From NCBI GenBank assembly GCA_964016885.1, contig OZ024741.1, positions 272,056,001 through 272,120,000 of the forward strand: a DNA stretch of 64,000 bases. The letters run 5' to 3'. Below, one piece after another: positions 14,931-26,070 of the stretch. Numbering within the stretch: position 1 is the stretch's first letter; every line of letters starts with the position of its first letter. The notes below the pieces were generated by a model. The model did not search any database. It was not told the DNA's origin and was given only the letters and a program-made list of their open reading frames with translations. The translations under genes were made by a program, and so were the position numbers. This DNA comes from Eledone cirrhosa (lineage: Eukaryota).

Positions 14931-15656
14931 ACAGACAACCATGACCACAAACATATCAAAGTGTGGTCGATACTTTTACAGTTTAACCCTCTATTTTGTC
15001 CACCGGGGACGTTTGGGCCCTCATTTGCTTATAATACTGAGAGATGGGGAGAGCGAGAGAGACGGAGGCAGTGAGTGAGAGAGAACATCAACACTTATTT
15101 GTTTACTTATTTGCATTTACTTGTATTGTTCAAAGCATCTTACATCTACACTTATAAAGTTATTTATTGCTCAAACATAGGATTTGAAACCACGTTCAAA
15201 TCTTCGGATGATTCGAGGAAATTGTGAGGTCAACAGAAAAAGAATCATAACATATTGAATTTCTGACTACTTGTTCCCTCAAGTGATTTTATTTGTGAAT
15301 ATATTGCATTATTTGTCGTTTGTTGTTTTCTGAGCTTCGGGAGGATTTCACCAGATTTTCATGTCATTCTAAAAACAGGGTTAAAGCGCTGGCCTTTGTA
15401 AATAAATATATAGATATATAAATAGATATATCGCCATACAGTTTGTCTTTTTTTTTCACTTCTTTCCTTTATTACCCTAACCCTTCTTTCTTTAATCTAA
15501 TGGGCCAGTGCTTATCTACAGTCAAGCAGATGTGTGTGCGTGCGTATATATATATATATATACACACACACATACATATATTCATATGTATGTGTGCGTT
15601 ATCTTGTGTCCACGAATGAGATTTTAATCAATTAAGAATTTATCGCGTATGGCATC

Positions 15657-15731
<75 letters not shown>

Positions 15732-16315
15732 CTGACCACACCATCTGTTCAATATACACTCACACACACACAAACATACTTATATACTGACCACACCATA
15801 TGTTCAATATATATATATATATATATATATGTAGAGAGAGAGTTTAGGGGTTGTAACATCAAGTTACTGTATGTATATGTGTGTATGTGTATAACTGACC
15901 AAACCATCTGTTCACTGCTGTCAACCACCAGACGCAAAGATTTTGACTTTTCTCTGTCTATTTGTTTTTTTAATTCTTTTATTGTTTATCTTTTGTTTTA
16001 TTCTGTTCTCAATGTCGTCTGCTAATAATTCTGCCCCTCCCCTGTTTTTCATTCACAATAGATCAACATATGTCTCACACCTGCTCCACCGCTCCTACAT
16101 ACAGACACACATGCTTATACATACATGTACACATACATACTTATACATACATGTACACTCACATACCGACACATATACATATATACATACGTGTACACAC
16201 GCACACACACTCACTCACACACACGCACATATATATACGTACATAGATATATACACATACATGCATACACACATACATACATATATACATACACACACAT
16301 GCATACATACATATA

Positions 16316-16892
16316 TGGTGGCTGCCAACTCGTTTTCGAGTACGGCCACTACTTTATATCCATGTAGGAGAACCCCTACCGAAGCGCTGAACGAGTGTGA
16401 CTTTTTAGTCCAGCCAGCGACTTGAAAACTCTGGTACAAACACTACACTTGTGACAATTATTGACACATAGTGCTGGGCCCATGGTACCATGTGAGGACA
16501 AGTGCAGAGAGATCTCCAGATATAAAGCAATGCCTGTGCCGTGAAGCTTTTATAGTGAGCAAAGGCACTGCACAAAGCCAGTCCCACTCTCTTAACCAAG
16601 ATGATATTTACCAAAAAGAAGAACAAGTCAACATCATTGGATACCATCAGGGTTGCAGGTGTTATATCAGAGTTTTCCTTCTCCTAGAATTCTGCCTTGA
16701 CAAAGGCTAAGGGGTCATCTCTCCCGGTGATTTTGGATGGCCATTGACTCTTAAGAGCTCCTTTGCCCTTTGACAGGTTTTGTTTTTAGTCCTGCAGGAT
16801 GTCCAAAGTCACCCTCCTCACCAAGAAACCTTGGTGGGGTTGCCAGTTTAGTCGCCAACGACCCGACCATGAGACAGGTTGTACTGGGATAC
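16316..16892 (-). mobile_element. Probable RTE-type LINE 5' UTR fragment
   Basis: Minus-strand CTAGGAGAAGGAAAACTCTGA motif recalled from RTE 5' UTRs, and a GGCGACTAAA motif near its 5' end. Flanked by (TACA)n. Confidence 0.5.
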
Positions 16893-18108
16893 ATATATAC
16901 ATACATACTTTCATACATACTTACTTACTTACTTACATACATACATACATACATACACACACGTGTTGCACTTTAGGCAGTGTATTCTATTATAGTCACG
17001 GGTTGACTAATGCCTTGTGAATGAAATTTGGTAGGCGGAAACTGTGTTGAAGCCCGTCATGTGTGACGAATTTAATTTTTGGCACTTCTGACCACACTAA
17101 ACCAGCATCTTCTATTACACAGTCCACATTCAACCACCCCAAATCTTAACACCATACGTCCCTCTCCGCTGCTTTAGATATTTCCACAACTTTGTTACAC
17201 AGCAAAGATGTTTAGTGATTTATTTATTGATTGCAGGAAATTATTATCTATTAAATTTAATCATACAAATTTGTATAAAACTGTGATCCCTCAAGGTCCA
17301 GTAATTCACCTTTCTGACGTCTGTGCCCTGGGCAACTGTCTAGTTGTGATCCTTTAAGGTTCAGTAATGCACATCCCTGGGGTCTGTGTCCTGGACAACT
17401 GTCTAGTTAGCCTTAATGGTAACGCAGCCCTGTATAAAACCTTTAGGGTTCAGTTATTCACCTTTCTAAGGTCTGTACCCTAGACAGCTACCAAGTCGTG
17501 ATCCTTTAAGGTTCAATAATTCACCTCCCTGAAGTATGTGCTTTAACATCTTCCAATATAATTTAGTTAACTGTTTTAATACAACTTCCCGTCATTGTGA
17601 GGCGTTTTAGATAATGTGTTTTACAGTTAATACAACTTTCCGTTAACGCGAGGCGTTTTAGTTAACAGCGTGTTTTAAATACAACTTTCCGTCGTCGTGA
17701 ATTCGATATGTTTGGCACAGATTTCAATGGAGATTGCAGCAGACTCTATCGTGCCATAATTTATTATAACACTTCCGAACAGCTATTTTCCGGTCATTGA
17801 TTCCTGTCAGTTTCCCTTTTCTTTCTCAATAGAAAATTACAACCTCAGATATTTAGGGATCTGTGTGTGTAATGTGGTAGAAAAAGTACAGTTTGGTGAT
17901 CCAAATAAATGCCTCGCAGTATTTAGTTACATACTAACGTAACTAGGGTTTACATACTAAACCCTACAGGGATTGAGGGTTGGGGTATTTTATTTTGACA
18001 ATGCCATTGAAATGTCCCCTGCTGTGTTGGAGGGAAGTAATAAACTGCTGAATCATGGATTTAGAAATAGCAGCTATATCTCCTTCAAACCACACCCTAC
18101 AACTTTAA

Positions 18109-18495
18109 CCCATTTCGCTACTACATTTCTAATGAAAGACGGCACTGTCTTATAATTTTTTTTAAATAATTTGGAAAAAATATCAAAAAATTGGGAGGAT
18201 TTAGTAATATAAATAATCTTCACATTATTAGGCTGGTGTTTGGGACATAACTTAACAAAGGTTCTTACATAAAATTATGGTGGAAAGTTTTTACATAAAT
18301 ATCGATCGATTGATCAACAAGATCCCAGACCTCATTCGTATACTGAGTGAGGTGGAACTCGTCAAATCAGACCAAGGAAACAATGTTTCCATCGGTCTTT
18401 CCATTGGTGATATTATCTAGTGGTCACAACTATAAAACATACAGTTTTGTACTGTAGGACCAGGAGTGGTTTCAGATGATTTGGTATCGATAGGG
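18109..18495. mobile_element. piggyBac-like MITE
   Basis: TTAA|CCC...GGG|TTAA ends with imperfect TIRs. Related fragments at 12175-12470, 14103-14205, 40590-40766 and 55711. Confidence 0.6.
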
Positions 18496-18589
18496 TTAAA
18501 AAAAGTGAGTACAATTACAGTTGACATAAAAAGAAAAAAAAAAGGCTAGATAGCCATCGTTGGAAGGCGTTTAATTATAGGTATGCTCA

Positions 18590-18812
18590 GGGCGGTGGAT
18601 TGGCAGTATCGGTAGAGGGTCGGACGCCATGCTTTGCAGCATAGAGTTACGGCCCTTGCCATTCTGAGTTCAAATCCTGCTGAGATTAACTTTGCCTTTC
18701 ATCCTTACGGTGGTCGATAAAATAAAGTACCAGTCACGCACGCACTGGAGTCGATTTAATCGTCTTTCTCCTCCCCTAAAATTGCTGGCCTTGTGCCTAA
18801 ATCAGAAAGCAT
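18590..18812 (+). mobile_element. Nin/Deu-type SINE
   Basis: Full consensus from GGCGGTGGATTGGCAG to GCTGGCCTTGTGCCTAAA. Confidence 0.8.
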
Positions 18813-19349
18813 TGTAGGTATGCTCGATCAAAGCTTACTTGGGGCTAAACAGCAAGCAGATAGTACAACCGAATGGGTTGGAACTGGTCAAATCAAACCA
18901 AGGAATCAATGTTTCCATTGCTGATACTATCTACCTGCTGCAACTCCTGGTAGAAAGAGTAACGTGAAATAAAGTGTCTTGCTCAAAGACATAACGCATC
19001 GCTCGGTCCGGGAATCGAAATCGCAGCTCCAACATTCTAACCACTATGCCACGTGCCTCAAGGTGTATAGTTAATTGAATTGATTTCATTAAATTACTTG
19101 CGTGCTTAATTAATCGACGCTTGAAGTGTTGAAATAATTAATTTCAACATTTAACTCGTTTTTGACACTGTTGGTCCTCCATCACTTTCGACGACTAGTG
19201 TTTGAACAACCGAACAGCCTGTTCATTAAATTTGACGTGCAAGTGGCTGAGCATTCCACAGATATGTGCGCGCCTGTAATGTAATTCTCGGAGATTCAGC
19301 ATGACACTGCATGTTGACCATCGTCCAATTTAAGCAGGCCATCCAGATC

Positions 19350-19595
19350 AAAACTGTTGACCCGCCTAAAGTTGGTGATAGGACCAGGCTAGATATAAGA
19401 CGCTGACCCCCCTAAAACTGATGATAGGACCAGGCTAGATATAAGACGCTGACCCCCTAAAACTGATGATAGGACAAGATTAGATATAAAATGTTGACTC
19501 CCTAAAACTGGTGATAGGACATGGCAAGATATAAAACGTTGAGCCCCTTATACTGGTGATAGGACAAGGCTAAATATAAAATATTGAGCCCCCCC
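19350..19595. repeat. 45-46 bp minisatellite, about 5 copies
   Basis: Unit TAAAACTGRTGATAGGACCAGGCTAGATATAAGACGCTGACCCCC. Confidence 0.9.
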
Positions 19596-19929
19596 CCCCA
19601 TATTATATGCTAATTTTTGCATCAAGTGCGAACTTGGCTGGCCAGGTTTCATTAATAGTAGCACTAGCATACCGTGATTCATAATAGAGGTGTATAAGAG
19701 AGCAAATACGATATGTTTTTATGAATATTTTAAGCTGAGATGCATGGTCCCGTAACGGCATTTCTAGGGCATTCTTTTTAAAACATGGGGGAGCCCCCTC
19801 CCCCCTACACTAGATTTTTTCCAGAGAAGGAGGGGCAGAATAGAAATGAGAAAGAGACACGGGAAAAATCGAACCTCACTATTTGACTGGTATTTTTTAT
19901 ATCGATCTCGAATGGATTCAGTTTACCTG

Positions 19930-19999
<70 letters not shown>

Positions 20000-20119
20000 C
20001 GAAGGAAATGTGGTAAGGAACCAGATGGACCATAACGCACCAAAGTACTCAATACTTAGGGTAGTATTTTTTTAGTCCGTCGAAACGGCTTGAGCTCAGC
20101 TGTCGGGGTCCTACTCGTT

Positions 20120-20179
<60 letters not shown>

Positions 20180-20216
20180 ATTAAATAAATGGAAACTATA
20201 TTTATAAAACCATATT

Positions 20217-20277
20217 TATTCTATTATATATATTTCAAGGGTACCAAAAATTTGGTATGCTCTCATCAGATAAAATA
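20217..20277 (-). ncRNA. Minimal hammerhead ribozyme (family A)
   Basis: UAUUUUAU-CUGAUGA-GAG..UACCAA/UUGGUA..CUU-GAAA-UAUAUA-UA-AUAGAAUA. Confidence 0.85.
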
Positions 20278-20476
20278 CAAAGTTTGTTTTATAAATATTG
20301 ACATATCCAGGAAGGAGATCTTAACGGTTCAAGTTTTTCCAGGAAAAACTTGAACCGTTAAGATCTCCCCAAGGGCGGCCGACTGCGGTAGGAGCTGCTA
20401 AATAGTCAGTCGTCCTCTTGTCTCTGATATTCAGCCCCATGGATATTATTTGTTATATTCCTTTGTTATATTTTGA

Positions 20477-20534
20477 ATACCTGATGATGTCACCGGATTC
20501 ATACTGAACCCGGTCATTGAAATGATCATAGTAT
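20477..20534 (+). ncRNA. Minimal hammerhead ribozyme (family C)
   Basis: AUAC-CUGAUGA(20481)-..ACCGG.UUCA/UGAA.CCGGU..-GAAA(20519)-UGAUCA(palindrome)-UA-GUAU, followed by AATAAA. Confidence 0.8.
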
Positions 20535-20579
20535 AATAAACCTTTCAAGGATTTACACCAGTCCAGCCTCCTGTTATTT

Positions 20580-20633
<54 letters not shown>

Positions 20634-20744
20634 GAAGTATTTCCGTCGGAAAGGTACAGGAAAAAAGAGTGCCCTCTCTAGGCTACAGAGCTTATATATT
20701 AAAATACAAATATTAATAAAATAGATGTTCTTTTGATCAATTAA

Positions 20745-20797
20745 ATTTTATTATACATATTTCGGAGGTACAACAGTACGTCCTCATCAGACAAAAT
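20745..20797 (-). ncRNA. Minimal hammerhead ribozyme (family A-related)
   Basis: AUUUUGU-CUGAUGA-GGA.GUAC-UGUU-GUAC.UCC-GAAA-UAUGUA-UA-AUAAAAU. Confidence 0.88.
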
Positions 20798-20917
20798 ATA
20801 ATATTTATTAATATTTGTATTTTAATATTAATAACTCTGGAAAATTATTACTGTAGAGTGGTTCCAATCTACTGTAAAACTCATTCTTTGATATACTCAT
20901 TGAATCTTGTTTAACTC

Positions 20918-20987
<70 letters not shown>

Positions 20988-21814
20988 TAATAAATGAATA
21001 GAGAACAAAAAACAGAGAGGCATGATATGGTTTTTAGTTTCACGCTTGAGATATATACGAAAAAAGAGAAGTGGGTGCATTTTTCGGGTGGGGTATCTAG
21101 AGAGAGTGAAGTGGTAGCGTTTCAGGGAGGGGTGTAGAGGAGGCGATGAGAGAGAGATAGGAAACAATTCAAAGAGAAAGGCAGAGAAGAGAAGGAGTGG
21201 AAGAAGAGGAGAAAAAGAGAGAAAGAGTGAGATTAGAATACTTATAGTGATAATGTTTCAGATTGTAGTTGGGGGGGGGGGTAATAAATGGAAGGTGGGG
21301 GAGGGGAAGAGTAGGAAGTGTGTAGTACAGATAGGAAAGAGGGAAAGGAAGTGTGGTGTTAGGGTGAGACGAAGGAGGGGTGTAGTATGGGTAGAGAGGC
21401 GGGGGAGGGAGGAGGAGGTGTAGTACGGTGATGGTGGTGGAGGTGTAGTGATAGGGTGACAGACGACATCTGCTGTCAGGAGTTTCAAACTGAATTATTT
21501 AAACCAGTTTCACTAACGACATCAACGGACTTTCACTTATTGGGCTTTGTTTTCGTCTGAGTACATTCGTACATTTATATATACAGTACACACACACGTC
21601 TGTATATTACTAACAAATATATATATATATGTGTGTGTGTATTTATATATATATAGGAAAAGAGTCAGGTACCCGACGGCTGAGCTCCGGCCGTTTCGAC
21701 AGCTAGACCCAGCCGTCGGGGTTCTGACTCTTTTCTTATCACCAACTCTACTACCCTAGTATCGAGTACTCTGGTGCGTTATAGTCCACCTGGTTCCTTA
21801 CCACACTTCCTTCG

Positions 21815-21879
<65 letters not shown>

Positions 21880-21996
21880 CCTTTCTTGAGTGGGCCATGG
21901 TGTCCAAATCCTGAAAGACTTCGCCAGGTGGTGTTATTAAATTAAGTTAGACATAGTGGCCTGGGCTAATAATGGCTGAAACCTATCAAATTCAAA

Positions 21997-22060
<64 letters not shown>

Positions 22061-22077
22061 TACTCACACATTTATTA

Positions 22078-22992
22078 CTAGCAGTGGTACCCGGCGTTGC
22101 ACGGGATAAGGTATTTTGGAACGCGGGCCGCCAACAGACCTAATGGAAAAACTGCATGCCCGGACAATATGTAAAGAAAATAAACCGAATACTCTGATGG
22201 CTGGATAATCTTTAAGATTTTACTCGATGAAGCCGGAAAAATGCAGGTTTTCACCTAATGCAGGCCCTAGGGGATCAAGAAAATGAATTTTTTTTTGTGT
22301 GCATATTATGCCTTTAAATTTCGGGGAAATTGGCTAGACGTAACGCCTCAAAAAAGCCCTAAAAAGCTGAAAAAAGGAAATTTTTCACCTAATGCGGGCC
22401 CTACGCCATAAAAAGTTGGATTTTCTTTGCTCACGGTATGAAGAAGAGACTGACTAATACATAGTTACAATTTCAAGGAAATCGGTCCGACGTAACGCCA
22501 CCAAAAAAACCCTAAAAACCTGAAAAAACGCAGTTTTTCATCTAATGCGGGCCCTCTGGGATCAAAAATTTGAATTTAAGTGCATAACACTCCCGGAAAC
22601 ATAAGTAATACACATGTAAAGTTTGAAAAAAGTCGGTTGGGTATTTCTCGAGTTTTAGGGATTCAAACTCACACACACACACACACACATCTTCAGAGAA
22701 GTGACGTAATGCAGACAGCCAGACATAGAGATATATTATAAGGACGCGACGTTATATGTATGTATCTATCTAAAAAGAGAAAGACTAAGAATTATAGAGA
22801 GAGATCGCTAAATCGCCTAATGCGGTCCCTAGAGCATTGAAAATTTGAAATTGTCTTTGCTCAGAACACTCCCTGAAACATAAGTATTACATGTGTAAAG
22901 TTTGAAAACAGTCGGTTGAGTGTTTCTCGAGTTTTAGGAATTCAAACTCACACACACACACAGACAGACATCCTCAGTTTTATATATATAGA
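22078..22992 (-). mobile_element. Non-autonomous Helitron
   Basis: 5' TCTATATATATAAAACTGAGGATGTCTGTCTG; 3' CCCGTGCAACGCCGGG hairpin plus CTAG; internal degenerate CCTAATGCGGGCCCT repeats. Confidence 0.8.
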
Positions 22993-23039
22993 CTAGCAGA
23001 AAACCACCCACCAGGTGGTTTTCTGCTAGTATGTATATA

Positions 23040-23235
23040 TATTACACACACAGAAATGTATATATATTTCTGTGTGTATATATATATATATTACACACAC
23101 AGAAATGTATATATATTTCTGTGTGTATATATATATATATATTACACACACAGAAATGTATATATATTTCTGTGTGTATATATATATTACACACACAGAA
23201 ATGTATATATATTTCTGTGTATTTATATATATTTC

Positions 23236-23268
<33 letters not shown>

Positions 23269-23300
23269 TACACACACACAGAAATGTATATATGTTTCTG
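23040..23300. repeat. Quasi-palindromic AT/AC minisatellite (ACACACAGAAATGTATATATATTTCTGTGTGT) inside a Helitron-like piece (22993-23479, minus)
   Basis: About 5 units, each self-complementary. Helitron-like 5' end TCTATCTCCTTATAATATA at 23479 on the minus strand. Confidence 0.75.
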
Positions 23301-23631
23301 TAGCACTCCTCAATTCCCTCCTCTCTCCCTCCCGCTATCCCCCTCTTGTAGTCTGTCTCTTTCTTTCACTCTCACTCTCTCTTTACGCATGCGCAAAAAA
23401 CATTCGCACGCGCGCACGTGTTTCCACTGTCGGACAGACAGACAGAGAAATTGGTGGTTATATATTATAAGGAGATAGAAATGACTTCTACATGGTTAGA
23501 ACAGCTTCATTCGTATGTAACCATCAACCTGGTGATTTCTTACTAATGAAACAGTTCTAGTCCAGTAGAAGTCATTTCTAGTCCAGTAGAAGTCATTTCT
23601 ATAATAAAATGAATATATATATATATTCATA

Positions 23632-23705
<74 letters not shown>

Positions 23706-24071
23706 CACAAACAGTTCCATATGAGCAAGATATGTCTCGTAACGCGACAATCTTTCAAACCCATGCAAGACCAAGTCAGTACTGAAGTGGAGCCACAGGG
23801 ACCTGTACGTTTATGTACGGTTTCACGTTCCATCGAGGGTTCAGGAGAGGTTGTCATGACTTTGATCCAACTAAGAGTCCTCCCGACTATATATATATAT
23901 ATAGATAGATATGTGTTTGTGTGTATCCTGGGTTCAATCGGGGGTAACCGCAGTAAGTAAGGTACTCAATACATAGCAGAGTATAAATATTTCAATATAA
24001 AATATATATATATATATATATATATAGTTATAGGAATAACCAAAGAGTGCTTAGAAATACATTGTTTTATT

Positions 24072-24118
24072 AGCTAACAGTGTTTCATCCATACACCATG
24101 GCAGGAATCATCAGAGCC
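24072..24118 (-). ncRNA. Hammerhead ribozyme at the 3' end (pLTR) of the Penelope-like element
   Basis: GGCU-CUGAUGA-UUCC...GGAU-GAAA-CACUG-UU-AGCU, immediately followed by AATAAA. Confidence 0.8.
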
Positions 24119-26070
24119 TATAAACAAGAGTATATCAGTAGTTGCATGCTCCATCGAGTTGCGTCACCAGATCAAGGTTAAAGGACCAGCAGGGGGGTTC
24201 CGAGGCCAGCGCTATATGGAAAAAGACAGAATACATGATGCACATAATGTCATAAAATGTCTTAAAAATTTAAAAATTACACCAAAAATTTATCACTTAA
24301 ATGGTGCAATAGATGATAAAGAGGTTGGGAGAGGGTAGCAAGGGATGAGTGAGGGAATTACTCAGCATGATCAGAAACAATAAGAAAATAATAAAAAAGT
24401 ACAAAAATACAGGGATAAGAAAAGAGATAAATATAAAAATACAAAACAATAAAGGAACAAAAAGCCCTGAAACCCCCCAAAATATAAGACAAAGCAAAGC
24501 ATAGATACATCAAAGCACAAGCAGTGCAAAAACGGTGTACAGGCAGATTAAGAGAGTTTGCAAGCATGAGTCTGAAAAGAATAGTTGGTTAGCTGTGGTG
24601 CAGCCTTACATGTATGATAGTCCATATGAGGGATGGTGTACTCCAATTATGTCGCCTTGTAACAGGTCAATTCTCCTTATCATATCCGCACCCTACGAAC
24701 CACATCGATATGTTCCAGTTCCGAACGTTAAGTGAGATAACACTATTTTTCCAAAACCTATACCCAGAGGATTTATCACCATAGGCGGTCTGGGATATAC
24801 ACCTAAAAAATAAAAGAAAGTACGACGAGTTAAAGAAATGTATGGTACATATAGAGCCGGCACAGATGTGAGGTAATTGAAAACACGCCAGGTCCGCAGA
24901 AACTGGCATTCCCCAAAATCCCCACGTTCGGTCGCTCAATCCAACGTGCCAGGTGAAATTCACTGTATGCCCAAGTTGGCGTTCAACCAATGTACCGCAC
25001 CGCATACAACTGTACCACAGTAAATACAAATCGTGATGGCTATCCCGTTACATATAGAGAAAAAGTGCATATAAGAACTCCGCTTCCAGAATCACATGGC
25101 AGAATGAGCAGATATTGTTATAATAATAGGCGGGTTTATTATAGTGAGTGCAAATTTCTGTAGAATATATAGATATATATAGAAGAGAGAACTCACAGCC
25201 AAACCTGTCAATGACAGCTATGTTATTTATATGTCCGCCACGTGGTTTTCGTTTAGATTATTGACTCCGGAGGTTGCAATCCATTCACAGTCGGGTGTGA
25301 CCCCCTCCTGGGCCGGCGGGAGTTCAATATCCAGTGCTGCACCTTGCCTTGAGTGCGGTTCTATAATTCATCAAAGCTGGATCACAATTCATATTCAACT
25401 AACTCCAACTTTTAAAGATTAGTCTCTCGCTAGTAACACATAACGGTAGTCCGAATACAAACACAGGAAGTCGTAGTGTACCTATGAAAGGTATAGGAGG
25501 CAATTCGCGTTATAAATGGCGGATTCATTAGATATCCAACGGGATGTTAGAGGCGAATCTTTTGTTTGATTCAAAGCCCTCAGCGATCAACGACCCTTTC
25601 TCCCTTCCGCCTAGCCCACACGATTTGCTACCATAGTTCACTATACTAGGTTAGATCTATTACACACTTTAGGGTTAAGGTTAACTAGACCCCGGGTGCC
25701 AAATTCACCCGCTTTATAGCTGCGGCGGGATTTTCTGGGCTTTCGACAGACTATTGTGCTGTGCTATCAGTTAGCGCACAATGGGTGTGTTTATAAACCA
25801 TACTAACATGGTTAGTGTGGGTATGTGCCTATATAGGGTCAAGCTGTGCTAGGTATAGTGAAAAGCCTTAAGTAGGTTCTACCCCACGGTTCTTGGCTTG
25901 TGGTCCAATAAGATGAACTAGGGAGGAGAGGAAGAAAAGTAAGAGGGGGTGGGGAGGTATTAGAGTAGTCTATATACACCTGAAGGGCAGTTACGTCACA
26001 GGAACCAGGATGCAGTGCGGCGTGGTTTTACGTAGGCCAGACAGGACGGAGGTATGCAGGTCCTACAGCG

